64,000 bases of DNA from Podarcis melisellensis (Eukaryota), in assembly GCA_964234715.1 (NCBI GenBank), contig OZ174282.1; one strand, 5' to 3'. Below the pieces are notes generated by a model that was not told the origin of the DNA, did not search any database, and saw only the letters and a list, made by a program, of their open reading frames with translations. This document shows, piece after piece, positions 47,082 to 62,032 of the stretch. Position 1 is the stretch's first letter. Each line of letters starts with the position of its first letter. A program made the translations under genes and the position numbers.

Positions 47082-48133
47082 CTGAGGGGGAAAGCACACA
47101 GTAATAATACAGAACAATCATAAGCTTGCATGGTGCCTCAATGAAACAACACTCTGAAAACTGTTTAACATTTAAACCACACCAACTGCAACATTGGATC
47201 CCTATCCCATTAAGGCATGTTGAATTTTTCAACTTACAAATTCCAAAAATGAGGGGTGCTAAAAAGTTGTAAAATGACTTGGAAATTCAAAAGATATTTT
47301 GATTAAATTAATATGATTTAGTTTTACTTGGCAACTAACTACATAAAATATTGACCTTTTGTTTTTGTACAACTTCCAATAATTTTTAGCTTCTTATAAA
47401 AAAATATGTAAAAATGTGTGTATAATTGAATATCATAAAAAATGATTGCCAAGTACTTGCAGTTATATATGACCCCGCATAATGGACAATTAAAAAAGCA
47501 CAAGCAGCAAGAAGGCAGCTTACTAAATATAAGCAGAGAAGTAAGCAGGATGCTTCAATACCATCAAATGAAATAATTTTTTGGGCTGATAGAAATGAAT
47601 AATAGCCAAGGTGGAAATGATGGAAGTTATGAACTGGCAATAGAAAAATCAACCTTCCACTTTGAATAAAAAGACAGAGTACAACATATTATAAATAAAT
47701 AATTTTGCTATGCAGGGCATTAGATATGCTGTTGACCAGCTCACCACAGATTTGTAGTTGATCACAATAAAATCAAGAGAGCCCAAGAAAAAGATATCAA
47801 ATCCCTGAATCAGGAATCTGATTATCTTTGTCAGAAGGGTGAAATTGACTGGTTCAACATCAAAGTAAAGCACTCAATGGAAGACCCACAAGTTAGGCTG
47901 CAAAAGAAGGCTGTGGTGGATGCTGTTTTACCAACCATTCAGCACTCAGCATGGTATGCATTTAGCAAAATGATAATCCAGACACTCTTGGGCTCAGAGA
48001 GCAGTGGGAAGAGGAAAGCTCATGTCTGAAAGATCATTAACTTGAGGGGTAGAGTTGATCTTTTAATAAAAGTTTTGTCAAATAAAAGTTTTGCAGACCC
48101 CCTCCATCACCAGCTCTCTATGCCACCACTTAC

Positions 48134-48279
48134 CTTAAAGACTGGAGGAGCCCTTTTTTCAGCTGTAAGTGCCATGGGAGCAGCCTCTTCACTCTTGATC
48201 ACACAGTTTGGCCTGAGTGGCGTTATCAAGGCACTGGGAAGAATATTTACCTTGTCCAGGTTACAGCCACTGGTGTTCA
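48134..48279 (-). CDS. NFAT5: NFAT5 exon 12
   Basis: VNTSGCNLDKVNILPSALITPL...EKRAPPVFK. Confidence 0.94.
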
Positions 48280-48649
48280 CTGCAGCAGAGAACAAACACA
48301 GTCTTACTGGTGTCCTGAAGGATAGCCACAAGGGCTGAGAATAAGAGGACTGGTTGCTAGGGTACCCCTCCACTCTCCAGAAATTAGGTTGTAAACAGCA
48401 ACAAGCATCTGAATACATAGCACTGCCACAGAGAGGGTAATACATCTGGTAAAATAGGTCACTATATGGCAAGGACTATACTAGTATGCTACAACAAATG
48501 CAAGGCCATGTGGCAACTCACATTTGACAAAGTGATCTCAAGCCCATTATTCCACAGTAAGTGTGTTCATCTTTAAGATGCTACAAGACTGTTTTGTGAG
48601 TAATTTGATGGAAAGAGTAATCTTGATGCTTTCAGCTCTCCTTACCAAA

Positions 48650-48835
48650 CAGGGACCTAGGAAGTTGCCTTATACAGAGTGAGACCATTAGTCCATCTAC
48701 AGTACTTTAGCTTTACTAATGGTTTTCCAGGGTTTCAGACAGTAAACTTTCCAAGCGCTACCTAGAGGTGACAAGGATTGAAACTGGGACCTTCTGTATA
48801 CAAATCAGATGGTCTACTACTGAGCGACAGCTCAT
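48650..48835 (-). mobile_element. Squamate tRNA-derived SINE
   Basis: Reverse head gctcagtagtagacc...gaaggtcccagtttcaatcc. Related to the 49285-49460 copy and the partial copy at 18520-18620. Confidence 0.7.
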
Positions 48836-49284
48836 CTTCTGAAGAGCCATAAAGTTGTTATTACAGGAAAAATCACCATGGTCTCTGATGTCCATCCATT
48901 TGCAAGCCACCAAGTTTCCCCATTCTGTTCTTTCAAATTGCATCAGCTTTTGCCAGAACACATCAAATGTTCAACTTCTTGCTTATATTAAGGGTTTTAA
49001 GTAAAGGTGAAAGTAGTAAAATAAGGGCATGAAGGAAATAGCAGTAATTTGCAAGTGTCTTTTATCAGCTGAAGAATAGTTTTCTATGGAAATAATCCAA
49101 CAAACAACTTGTACAAGCCTGCAAGTGATGAGCACCAGTTGTTTGAGCCAAATGGCATCAACATTTCACTGTGACTGATGAAGCATATGTAATTAACTGC
49201 AAGAATTCCAGGCTGATACAAGGAAAGGAGAAGGGATGAATTGGGATCAAAAACATAATCCTGCACACAGAAAAATGGGTGAAA

Positions 49285-49460
49285 TATTTGACTGCATGCT
49301 CTGCATGCAGAAGGTCCCAGGTCTAATCCCCACCATCTCTAGGTAGGACTGGGTAAAAATCCCGTCTGTGACTCTGAAGAACTGCTGCCAATCAATATAG
49401 AAACTGCTGAGCTAAATCGACAAATAATCAGTGAATGTATGAGAACATCTCCTGTTCCTA
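49285..49460 (+). mobile_element. Squamate tRNA-derived SINE
   Basis: tgcatgcagaaggtcccaggtctaatcccc...ctgctgccaatca...ctgagct. Confidence 0.7.
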
Positions 49461-50117
49461 GTGAGTTGGAAACATTCCAGAACAGCTATGCAGAATCTTT
49501 TCCAGCTGCAGCCCTGGAAGCCTGACAAACTCATGATCTTACTATTTATGCTGCTTTGCTTCAAAAACACATGCTCTTGAGCAGCTTCTGAAACTTAATT
49601 AGCTTCAGCAAACAATTCACTTAGTAAGAGCACACAAACCAACAGGGCCTGCCACTATAGTAAAGACAACTGCAAAGCAAGTACTATGAATAATTTATTC
49701 TCTATTTTTCTTTGAGTGGTGAGCTTTGCACTAGCAATACAACTCTTATGTCAACATTTTCATGAAACAGTTTAGCAAGTTATCTGCACTAACTTCATGT
49801 TTAGTCAGGACTTTTAACCACTTGTGGAATTAATATGTATTGGAAACAGCAACACTAGTGTAATTGCAAGATTAAAGCCCCAGCATATACCACTGTCTCT
49901 GCGACCAGGAGTCTTAGGCTGCAATCATATGCACACTTACTTAAGAGTAAGCCCCACTGAGCTCAAAGCAATTTACTTCTGAGTTGACAAGCAAAGGACT
50001 ACTCTCTTAATTTGTGATCACAATAAAGCTCTTACGAAAATCTCTCTGAAAGGTCTGCAGAAAATTGGTGTAAGTTAGAAGTCAAAGAGATTAATACCAC
50101 TGCTAAGAATTAGATAC

Positions 50118-50195
50118 CTTTGATAGCATCATCAAAAGAGCAAGGCTGGGTTGGACTGGGTATTTCCTGCTTCACGTTCACATTCAGAGTACCAG
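50118..50195 (-). CDS. NFAT5: NFAT5 exon 11
   Basis: [26 protein letters not shown], contains a SUMO-consensus VKQE. Confidence 0.93.
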
Positions 50196-50589
50196 CTGCA
50201 AATGCAAAAGACACTGCTGACTTTCAGAACAGACGTAAAGCAAAGTGTTCCCCCGTAAGGTGAAAGGTACATTTTAAAAGTTTATCTCTATTTTCATGTG
50301 TGTAGTGGTGGGGGAGACCTTAACTCAGATCTTTGTAATACGGTGTAGCCCCAAACTCATCTTCCTCCCATAAACCCTTCAAGCTTCAGAGAGACAGGCT
50401 CTCTTCAAAGAATGAGAGCAAGTCCCTGGTGTGCAGCTATCATGTCAAGTAGTGCAAGAGGTGTTGCCCACCCAACAGTCTTGCTTTCTTCCTTAGCCTC
50501 TTCCAAAGATATAACAATTAAATACAAGAAAAACTGTGCAGAAGTATTTGCCAAGGGCCATCTCTACAGCTTCATCATTTTCAACATAC

Positions 50590-50722
50590 ATGTATCAGGA
50601 GTGTAAGTAAATGGCTGTATGTCATGTGATCTTCCAGCATTGGTCACCACATAGATCCCCACAGAAACCGGGGCAGTTATTTGCTGGTCGTGATATGGCG
50701 GCACCTTCACAATTAGATGATT
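50590..50722 (-). CDS. NFAT5: NFAT5 exon 10
   Basis: [44 protein letters not shown]. Confidence 0.96.
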
Positions 50723-53034
50723 CTAAATCCAAAAAAAAAAAAAAGAAGTTTGTTAGAGCAGACACCTTACCAACTTATATCTTCACAGACTAACACTACA
50801 AGACCTAATCCTAAGAAGTAAAGATTGCATTAGAGGTACCAAGGATCTGCTGGGAAATCTACCCAGCTACAAATTGTAAAGCTGAATCTCTTGAACATAC
50901 CTATCAGTAGTGAGAGCACACAGGAGAAAAGTCTTTACTCAGCATAATCTTCCTATCTCTGCTATTACAATCTTCTTAATTTCAGAAAACCTGCACATAA
51001 ACAGCAACTCACTGTTTCCTTGTTTTGCTTTGCTATAGCTTCCACTGCTCATCCACCAAAATGCCAGTCAGGGACTTAGGTTGTGCAGTGGCAGCAATGA
51101 AAAAACTACAGGGAGGTGATTTTGAGGTTCCTTAGCAACTAGTAGTATTCTGAAGCAGACCAGAGGTAGTATTTAGCCACAAATAACCTTATTCTCCATT
51201 AATTTGTCTAGCCTCCTTTTAAAGCTGTCAAAGTTGACAGCCATTACCACATATTGTGATATGAAATTCTATAGATAACTATGCTGGGGATGGGGAGGCA
51301 GACATAATACCCAGCAGTTTATCTGCATTATTTGTGACTAGATCTGAAATAATTTCCTCACCCAACAAAAACCTAAGCTCAATTTATGATCCATGATAAC
51401 AGCAGGTTATAAAATTAAATCATAGCCAGAAATATTGGGAACTAATATTTCTGTTTTTAAGTAGTAAATAGCATATGACATATATGCAAAATAGAAAAGT
51501 AATCATATCTTTATTTGGGTACTTTATCATCACAAAATCTTATAGAAATAATTAATAGTAACTTGGTCTGTTTGGTCCTGGTAGCTAGGGATGATGGGAG
51601 TTGTAGTCAAACAACATCTGGGGACCCAAGGTTGAGAAAGGTTGCTCTAGATATTTTTCCACTGTCAACTGCATTTACCCTAGATTCTTAAAAACATAAT
51701 CACCACCTTGCTGGATTAGACATTGACCCAACTAGTCCAGCAGCCTGTTCTCACAGTGGCCAATCAGATGCCTCCATGGGAAGCAGGGCATGAGCACAAC
51801 AGACATGTTATATGGTTACCTTTTTTTAAAATAAAAAAAGTTTCAACAATTTTATCTTTGTTTTTAATTAATGATGGTATTATGTATATTTGTTTTTATT
51901 GGTTTGTGGATATTAACCATGCTTTATATATAATTTTATTTGTATACCACCTGGAAAAAACTTGTAAAATTTCTAACTAACTAAAAGAAACAGTACTTTC
52001 ACCAACCACCTTCTCCAACAACTGGTAGTCAAGAGGCATATTGCCTCTGATAGTGAAAGAAGTTAACACCCATCATCGGTAGTGCCCATTGATAGGCTTA
52101 TCCTCCATTAATTCAAGAAATGATCATCACTAAATCATTTTGAATCCATAAAGTAGCATTGTAAAAAGAGAGAAGATATTAAGATTCTAACTTTACGGAT
52201 TCAAAATGTTTTGGTGACAGTAAGATTTCTTGAAGGAAGAGATAATTAATGCATCTTTAACCCTAGTGCAACAATGGATTTGGGTTTGGATTCCCATCAT
52301 TAGAAGACTAGAAGAGAGTTAATCATTGTTTATGGCAGTCCTTATAGTAGCAGTTGCACAAAAGCCAATTTTTGATCATCCTACTTCCAAAATGAGGGTC
52401 AGCACACCTAGAAGAGGAATGACTGACTGATTGCTGCTTGCATAGGAACCTTTGCTGTTCTGTATCTCACAAGCAGGGCAGAGGCGGGAAGTGGAGAAAG
52501 AAATTGCCCTTATAAACAGAACAAGTATAGTGCTCACTCACATAATCTCTGTGGTTAAGGGCTGCAATGGCTACCACTACACGAAAGAGAAGAGACTGCT
52601 TAGGTTGAGAAAAAATGTGAAATGTACCACAGTCTTGCAACTCGGGTTTAAGGAGTAGGGAGTAAGAGAAGAAATGACAACTTTGAGCAAACTATTTGTA
52701 CACACACAAAAAGGTGACCCAGCCAGATACTATTTATGTCAAAATATCTGTCTATGAAGATTGATCCAGTCTGTTGGTCATATGATTGTTTGACAAAAAT
52801 GTAAGCCACATGAAGGCAGCTTTTGTAGCAAATTTACCTTTTTAAACTTGGGCATAAAGTGCTTGGAACTCGTATTTCAACTTCATATATGCTTTCTAAA
52901 TCCTCCATTCCAAATATATGATAAGAGAAAAAATTCTTTAGCAATTCCTCAGGCATAAATGAACAACTGTATCCCAACTATGAACAAGGAAGATTTTACA
53001 TCTGGGTTTCTGTGCATTTTTAAAAAGCATGTAC

Positions 53035-53087
53035 CTGATGAAACAGCTCCATGTCAATTTCTGCTTCCCCTTTCCAAGAGTTTTCAT
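53035..53087 (-). CDS. NFAT5: NFAT5 exon 9
   Basis: [18 protein letters not shown], 53 nt. Confidence 0.95.
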
Positions 53088-53281
53088 CTGTTTGAAAGCA
53101 AAAGAGAGTAGAATTACTGCACAAGCTCAGCTAAGTTTATTCATTGTCAGGGAAGCTGGTCACAGGAACCACCTACCTCCTTGGCTACCTGCAGAGGCAG
53201 TCGTTAGCCCAACTCCATCCACAATGGTCGCCCCACCCCTCACCTCCATTCTCAGCCTGAGTATGTATGTATGGTTCTCAC

Positions 53282-53416
53282 CAGACATATTCTCTTGAAA
53301 GATCACTTTTGTTCCCTTCAGAAAGTTCTTGCCAATTAAAAAGACTTCCTCTTCTCCCTTCACAGAACAACTGTGCAGGCTTTTCTTTAGAATCTCTGGT
53401 ACACCAGCTGGCTGAG
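53282..53416 (-). CDS. NFAT5: NFAT5 exon 8 (IPT)
   Basis: [44 protein letters not shown]. Confidence 0.97.
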
Positions 53417-54481
53417 CTACAAATTGAAAAAGAGAAGGCATATTTATTATATAAACCCCCACACCTGCAACTTAATGCCAAAATGGGCTTCTAAGTGGTT
53501 TAACTGACAACGTGCAAAAAGTTGGCATCATCTCCCAAGGTCTCAATCTGGAACTGGTCATTATGCGTATGAATACTCCACAGTCATTTGGCTTGCATGA
53601 CATATAGGAAAGCAGAACTTACAGAGATTCTGCTTGGGTGTAGCAAAACATGCCCATCCTTTAATTCATCAGAGAAAAGCACAGCACAACTCTCCTAGGA
53701 ATTGGCACATGACTGTAGTCTACTAGAATGTGCTCATCATAGCATTTCCCCCCTAGGTAACACTGAAGTAAAGTAACACTGTTTTTCTCTTTTATAAATG
53801 GGCTAGTGCAAGGGGTTTCAAAAATCAACCAACTGTAATATACAACATCTTAGTGGCCTTTAAAATTTGTCTCGCAACAAGGTCCATAACAATTGGCTGG
53901 ACATGTACATACAGTCTTCAGCAAGTTTCCAAATACAAATAAGCTCTATATCAATATTACACAAAAGTTAGTCATTTTGCCCAGATGCAAAAAGTTGGCA
54001 TTTTAAACGCAACTGTAGTTTTAAGCCTCAAGCCAACAACAAATAATTCAAACCACAGAAGCAGGCTATCTCAGGCTAGAAACAGTAATTTTTCTTTGCC
54101 TGTGATACATGCCACACTCCTATTCCAATTATGTGCACTGCTTGGTGGATTGACAGGGCACACTGTTAATTTGGATGTAGACCAGATCCCCTACACCCAA
54201 GTTTTGGTTAACACTAAAAATAGATCAATGAGGGAACCAATTAGATATGCTATAAGCCTCCACAGAAAAAGTAATTTCATTCAAAGCAGCATGAGGACTC
54301 CTAGCAACACAGACACACATGAAAACTAAGTTTGTTTAAGGTCTAGGCAATTTATTTGGTTTATTTGGGTTGTTCATTCTATTTTGTTATTAAAGCAGAA
54401 AATGAAATGCAGGGCAACTGAATTAACAGGGGACCCAAAGCCCCAGCAAGATGGAACTCAGAGTTTGACTTTACAACTTAC

Positions 54482-54654
54482 TGCACAGAATTGGTGAGGA
54501 CGGCGTCTGCAGGGTCAGAATGGAACCATCCTTCCGAGTGATGTTAACACGGAACACTAGCCTGGCCCGAGTGCTTTTTTTCTTGGAGCCAGCGATGCCT
54601 ATTCGAGCTTCAACATCTGCATTTCTCAGTTTCAGTATTCCAACACAGTCCACC
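54482..54654 (-). CDS. NFAT5: NFAT5 exon 7
   Basis: [36 protein letters not shown]...SSPILC. Confidence 0.97.
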
Positions 54655-57383
54655 CTAGCAACACAAGATTAAAGTTACCTACCCAACTTGCTTTCAAAGA
54701 GGCCACTTAAGTTTTGCCAAGGTATGTAAAACAGCAAGCTTCCTAGGTCTCCTGGCACATGGGTATTTAAACCCAAGCGAGAGTTGCCCATATAAACACT
54801 ACAGATGCATGTGCCTCTACAGCTGCAAAGATGATGGAAGCAGCCACAAAAAGCTCCCTCACCTCCAAGCTCTGCAGCAACAGCTACTGTCAAAAGAGCA
54901 AGCCTTAAATTGGAGAGGGGTGTGTGCTAATACCTCTGCTAAGGCAAATAGTCACTTGCTGGCCTTGGGAAATTCATTTTCAGTCTCTCTCCACCTCTCC
55001 CATAAAAAGGGGGCACAGCAGCTTGCCTACTAGGTGTGTTAAGAGGATGGCAAGCAATTACTTTGCATGTTATTCAAGGTAGCTAAAATGTTCTTTTAAA
55101 TGTGTTTGTGAGAAGGGGGGGTATTGGTTTTTTGTTTTTGTTTTTATTATGTATTTTGTATTTTCTATTTCTATTTTTATGCTGCGAACTGCCCTGTGAT
55201 CTTTGGCTGAAGGGTGATATACAATTTTTAAAAATATATATATATTAATCTTAACTACGGAAGTGTGAAATCCAAAAGAGGCTGCTTTAGGCAAAGTTTA
55301 TTTGGCTTCCATGCAATGTGCCTCTAACAAAAAACAGCTGCAGGTGGGTTCTTAAACCTATACACAAATTTCTTTCAATACCTATACACAAATTTCAAAC
55401 AATCGTTTAAAATAGAAATAATTTTAAGCTTTGTCATGCAACTGGCACAAATAAAAACAAGAGCCATGACCCAAGAATCCTCAACAATAGCCAAAATAAG
55501 CAATTTGTATTATGGCCAAATACTTCCAAAATATCTTTTTTCAGAAACTAAAATAACCACCTAAATGCTACCTCCCCATAACATTTGTTATAAAATGCAT
55601 TCATCCTAAATATTCAGAGAGAGTTGGCTAATGCATTCAAATATACCAGAGGGGAAAATAGCATCTTTAGAGAAAAGCAAAAGATGGCAGTAGCACTTCA
55701 GATTCAGCTGAGGCATCAGTAGCTCACAGATCAGATTTGGTGGCAGACAAGGAAGAGCAATGAATCTGGACAACCCAATTATGCTGGCTGGCTGAGTGCT
55801 CATCACTAGAGCAACCAGTCACTATTCTGAGACTCTTTTGCATCTCTCGCTTGCATAAAGCAAACAGAGAAAACAATGAACTAAGAAATCAGTTCATCAA
55901 TGAAGCGAAAAAGTTTTTCAATTCAAATTATTCTCTCTGGTTCCCAGAATATACATTCTGCATTTTCCCCACCCAACTCCACCACCCAGTAAGGAGAAAG
56001 ATGGCCACAGAAAATTCATTTCAAATGCTGTAGTGGGAAGTACAAAGCTGCTGTACTTCTTATTCACCAGATATTTGAAAAAATTCAAGCTACACTATGA
56101 TGCCGACATTATTATTATTAATATTTATTAGTCACTTTACTCATAAAAATGGCTCAAAGTGAACATGAACAGAAATACTAAAACCAATAAAAATAATCAC
56201 ATCAATAAAAAACTCACATCTATACAAATAAAAGACAGGTCCAGACCCTGCCCCTCACCCACAAGTGGCCAGAAATCCTTCAAACTAAGGGCCAAAAAGC
56301 CCAAGCAAAAAGGGGGGAAATGCTTTGCGCTGACATCTGAATAGAATTGGACAAATTTTTTGTGTTACCTGCCTCTAGTCTATGGGCCACAGCAGCTATG
56401 TCAAAATAAACATGGAGTTTAAACTGCAGGTTTATTCATTGATACTGCCCCTCCATCCAGCCCTACCCATGATCAAAGCAGGAAATGGCAAATCTTTATC
56501 TAACTGGTCTTCACAAAAAGGATCATATAATATAGGTCTCAATTCTTCCCACTTCAGACAATTCAACAGATGAGGCCTAGCTCAAAACCAGCTACATGGA
56601 CGAACAGGTGAGGAATGATCTGGTATTGTCTTAGTACACTATTCTATCCCATCAATAGACCACAACAGCTTTTAAATTAAAAGGTTGATCTATTTTAGGG
56701 AGGGAGTCAAAATACAGATCCCATTACGGAAGCTGAGATTGACCAAGTCACAAGCAATACAAAACTTCCTAGTGCATACACATAAAGCTCCACATGGCAG
56801 ACAGTTTATAAGAGCTTTGTGCTGACTGAAAGACAGCATTGTTTATTTCATCAGCAGAGTCACCACTACTGAGCCAGCACTGTGAGAGCACTTCATCTTA
56901 CAAAACTCTGCTAGTTTCATATAGCAGCCCAGTTAAGAGCATTTTGACAAGAGCACAGCTGATGCATTCACCTAGCCTTGCCACCAGTTCACTGGCAGCT
57001 TTCACAGTGTTAACTGGGGAGGCATACTTTAGTCCTGCCTTCCACCTACCTTGTCTTACAGCTGTCAAAAGAAAAACACCCCACAAGACAATGAAAAGTG
57101 GGGAGAGCTGCATTTTCCAGAAGAGTCTCTACAATGTCACTTTTGCCAATCAGTTATTTGTTGTCGTTTTTAAAAAAGAAGGATCTAAGAGTTCGGAATA
57201 ATATGCCATATTCTCTTCATCTTATTTCCATGTATCTAAAATGCTTTATAAACATTATATTTATATACATGGTCTTAAAAGTTTTCATTGTATACAATGT
57301 GTCAGCCTAAGCAAAGGAGGGAACAGACTGTCTTTTAGCATCCAACATGCTGGCAAGTAGTCCAGTTCAGCTGTTAAGATGTA

Positions 57384-57609
57384 CAGTGGTACCTTGGGTT
57401 ACAAACACTTCAAGTTACAGGCTCCACTAACCTGGAATTAGTACCTCGGGTTAAGAACTTTACCTCAGGATGAGAACAGAAATTGCACGCCAGCGGTGCG
57501 GCAGCAACGGGAGGCCCCATTAGCTAAAGTGGTACCTCAGGTTAAGAATGGTTTCAGGTTAAGAACGGATCTCTGGAATGAATTAAGTTCATAACCAGAG
57601 GTACCACTG
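57384..57609. mobile_element. Tc1/mariner (Tigger-like) MITE
   Basis: TA-CAGTGGTACCT ... AGGTACCACTG-TG termini with internal ggttaagaa repeats. Resembles an abundant lacertid element (from memory). Confidence 0.85.
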
Positions 57610-57998
57610 TGTTGGTACATGAAAGGCTCCTCCACATTCACAGATTTCTAGGCAAGCTGGGGCTGCCCCATTAACTTCAGCAGTAAATGTTACATGCACT
57701 GAAATGCTGTGCATACAGCGTTCTGACACGAAAGTGTCTGCCTACATGCATTTTGTGCTGACCAGAATCCCAAGAGCTCTAGACTGGGGCCCAGTGTACA
57801 GGAAATAATTTAAGTATATTCAAGTAGTTCCCAGATTTACTGCCTTTTATTGCAATTAAAAATGCCTGATCTGAGTAGATACAGAATCATAAAGAGCTGA
57901 AAGGGACCTTAAATTGTCACGTAATCCAAAGCAGGAAATATGTTGCTACAGAATCACTGAGAGACCCAGAAATAGTACAGTGAAAAACAGTGACTTAC

Positions 57999-58189
57999 GC
58001 CAAGGTCATGTTGTTGTTTGGATCCAATCCCACCTCAATGACAGTGGTACCCTCTATGTCAACTTCTTTGCAGGGTGTGGTGTTTCGTCCTGTAACCCTG
58101 CAGGCCTGATAGAATCCATGAGGTTTCACCCGACCAGAGTCATTCCCCACAAAGACCTGCAGTGTCACAGCCTCATTGTGACCTTCCAG
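57999..58189 (-). CDS. NFAT5: NFAT5 exon 6
   Basis: [64 protein letters not shown]. Confidence 0.97.
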
Positions 58190-59494
58190 CTACAACCATA
58201 AAACAGGCAGGAAAGCGTTAATAGACTACAACAAGCAATGCAAATAATTTGCAAATATTACAATGTAAAGGTATTTTGAACATCAGAACACTAGTTAGTG
58301 TTAAAACCCAGTGGTGTGCTGAAAGTCTTATCTTTTCCAAAATAACAGCTCAACTCTTCAGTTGTTGCAGGCTATGTTAAACCAATTTAATTCCAGTTAA
58401 TTATGCAGTATCTCAGTTATACTTCCCTGAGTCTATCAAGCAGGAATCAGAATCCTTGCTTATAAACAGCAAATCTGCAAACTGAAATCCTTTCATCTTT
58501 ATTCCAGAGTGTTTTCATTGTGTATCCATTCAGAATTATGTATTTAATTATGTATCCATTCAGAAACAGTGGCATTTTCAAAAACCTATTAGAAATTAAT
58601 GGACTTTCTAAACATGTAGTTATAAAATACAGAAACACCTCATCACAAAACAGTCCTAAACACTTCTAGATTATAAATTCTTCAGAAACTGTACATGCAC
58701 AAAACCATATAAAAGCAATTCAGTCTGTACACTATTAGGATACAAAATCTTTCAAACTTTATATTTGCTCAGAAAGTGATCCATGCTATTTTTTGTTCTA
58801 TTAAGTGTTTAACATCCGCAAATATTCAAGGGCAACATGAGCAAAATAGAGAGCAATGATTTCCCCACCAGCTGGATTAGTAGCATTTTGTAATTCCTTG
58901 GTGCACTGTGGGGCTAAACATTGATGTCCCAGAAGTCTGTCCATACTCCAGGCTAAAAGTTAGAAAGCCATTGTAGGCACAGAGCCCCATTCAGTTTTAA
59001 CACAGTCGTTGAGGGCTTCCTCACACCTTTTTCTGATGCACTACATCACAGCTTGCCTAGTTTCTGATGAACAGCCCCACAGACAGTGCTCTGTGCATTC
59101 ATTTAACTGTTAATTGCTGAGAGCAGCTATTGGTCTATATTTACACATTCTCCACTCAACAAGAAAGGCTGCTCTGTACTAAACTAAGAAACATCCAGAC
59201 CTCTGCTCTCCAAACAACACAAAAGCCACATCCCTGAGAAATATGGAACTATATACACAGATTCTAAATTAGTGCAATTTAAAACTTAGTATGACAACAT
59301 CAGTGCTGAAAAACACACCATGGCACTGGCAACAGTTTGTCACTGCAGGGAAACCCATGAAGCCCTGGAGGACCTAGTATGTTTGTCTTTTGGCTGGAGT
59401 CAGGTTTGGCTGGGGGTGAAGAACTGGATTTTCACTTACCATAAATGGCAGCACACTCCGGAATTGGCCCACCCCAAAAACTGAATTGGCCTAC

Positions 59495-59687
59495 CTTTAC
59501 GGTGGGGAATCCTTGTTGTGTTCTGTCTTTCACCGAGCCCCGACTGCCCTCAGTTAGGTAGCGAGCTCTGTGCTGCGTCTCTGGTTGCACCATTATCTTC
59601 AGCTCCTTGCCTTCACTTTTACCAGGGTACTGACCACATAACATAGGACTCTTCTTGCCTCCAGTTGTTTTGGGGGTTTCTGATGTT
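59495..59687 (-). CDS. NFAT5: NFAT5 exon 5 (start of RHD)
   Basis: ...[54 protein letters not shown]. Confidence 0.97.
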
Positions 59688-61846
59688 CTAAAGAGTTAAA
59701 GCAGACCAGTGATTTCAGTTACCAGAGGCTTTCTTTAAAAATCAAGCACAACTGGGGTGGGGAGGGGGAAGAGAAAAGAACACAGATCTGGGCCATACTT
59801 AAACCTACCAATATAAAATCACAACGCAAGACTGCAAACTGGGAAGAAATATAGAAGGGGGTGTGTGGTTTCATGTACCGTACTCACAACAGAAATTCAG
59901 TAACTAAACCATATAGCCCTTTTAATCTTTGTTTTATGTAGGAATGTAAGAAAAAGGCACACTGCTATTTAGGCAAAAATACCTGTATAAATATAGTCAG
60001 CTGGCATGAGATGGCAGCCATCTTAAAACTGTTCATCATGCTTTCGTCACTAATTATAACCATTTTGACCAGTGGTCACTGTAAATCCCTAGACTATGTA
60101 ATTAAATGCATACAGCTGAGCAGAACTCACATTGTATATGCAAAATCCTGCATCCTTTAAGTGAAACATGAATTTTGAAATGGATATAGTTAGGCCAATA
60201 AATCCATTTTAGGACTATTAAAATACAATATTCCTTTAATGACTATATTGATTGTGATAAAACTATTTATATTCTGGGCATCCAGGCCATATCCCAGACC
60301 ACATGGCTGCTGGATGCTACTTATTTGTGTCCTGAGATTACATTTGCTTCACTGTCCATTAGTTTTTTCCCCCTTATATACAAGTGGCCCAATCCAGCAG
60401 CACTTGAAACTTTCCACCAAATTAAAGAGAGAGCATAAGTAACTCTCCCAGTGAAATCAATGGCACTTAAAATATGATTGATTATGCCTACATTTTTTTC
60501 TGTAGCATAAATACAATTATTAGAATAATTGTACACTGCACATCAATCTTCACCAGGCTGAAAACATTAAATGTTTTATTACAATGATGTAGATTTAGGA
60601 GGAGGAGCCACTCATGGACTGACCTGATTAAACATTTTTCTATTTTGCAACACAAATAAAGGGGCCTCTGCCCTTTTCAGAAGTAGATTAGACAGAACAG
60701 CATCTAGCTGTTGCTAATGTACATTCTGTGTAGCATCCAAGGTGAAGAGAAATATTTCAGTGGTAAAAGGAAAGGCTTGCTTTGCTCCTGACCTTGCAGC
60801 AGTTCAAGTTTACAGACACTATATAGTGACGGATCAGTCTGATTTATTTCTTTTAGAACCATCTCTTTAAGCTGCTGAGTCTGCTCTAATGAAGTAATAC
60901 ATGCAACACGGCTCAGCCTCTAACCAGCAACATTGTTTAGAAACTGCATTGAACGGTCAGTTCCATAAATGAAACCAATTTGAAGAAGGCCCCCAAAGGG
61001 CACTGTCTTTCGGACATCCCTAGCTTCAAGATTTTTAGGAATGCTGTTTCAACATGCCCTATCCCTGATGTGGGCTTCTGTTTGTACAAGTCCTCACTGG
61101 CTCACAGGGAGAATGGGAATGAACTGCGTGCTCTGCAGATCTGAGTGCCTACGTATATTTCAAGCTTGTCCTCTGTGAACTAAAAAGTACTTGTCTTCTT
61201 TTCTGAACACCAGCATGTGCACCATAACATCAAACCAGGGGCATGGGCAGCCCTAAGCCAGTTCTCATAATACAGCATTGTGAAAGGTAGAACAAGTCTA
61301 CATCAGGACCTCAGTATCTCAGCCCACAAAGGCCTGGAAAATCATTCAAGAACAGCCATAATCAACACAGGAGTTTCATGGCTATTTCCAGCACTACGGA
61401 TCTTTTAGTACTTAGTACTTTAGTACTTTAAGCTTTGTTAGTAAAGCTTCATAGAAAACACTGCTTGAAATGTCTGCTGTACTAGTCTGGAATGCCATAA
61501 AACCTGCATCCACCACTGTGCTCCTGCTACCAAAGGGCCCTGAAAAAAATGTGTTTAATGCTGATAAGTGTTCTACCTCAATCAAAAAATCGTGGGTTCT
61601 TTTGTGTTTTCGTGAAAAAGAAAAGCTCAACAACTTTGGGGTTTGTCTAAAAAAAACCACAACTCAACAACTTTCGGGGTATCCTGGCAACCCTATTTTA
61701 GGACTTCTCTCCAGGCTTCACGCACAGTGTGGAACACTGCTACGTAACAAATTTATGTACAAATGAAATAGAATCTAAGCATGAAAAAACTCTCTCAGTG
61801 GCACTTGGCAGGTAAGCTATATTCTATGTTTAGCTATAGTCTAGCT

Positions 61847-62032
61847 CAGGGGTTGTCAACCTGGTCCCTACCGCCCACTAGTGGGCATTTCAGGATTCTA
61901 GGTGAGCAGTAGGGGGTTCTACGGCACAAGCTGAATCCTCCTTCCATCGAGCACTGGTGGGCAGTAAGGAAATTTTACCATCAAGAAAGATGCATTAGTG
62001 AGTGGTAGGTATAAAAAGGTTGACTACCCCTG
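61847..62032. mobile_element. hAT (Charlie-like) MITE
   Basis: TIRs CAGGGGTTGTCAACCT / AGGTTGACTACCCCTG; 8-bp TSD gtctagct / gtctagca. Confidence 0.9.

Noticed and set aside
44644-47104. Antisense and alternate-frame ORFs with poly-L/A/S/C runs
   Set aside because: Shadows of the NFAT5 CAG/CAA-rich exon.
58520-58565. Short spaced direct repeats (also 55357-55396) resembling an array
   Set aside because: Only two copies each, consistent with local slippage duplications. Not CRISPR-like, and the context is eukaryotic.
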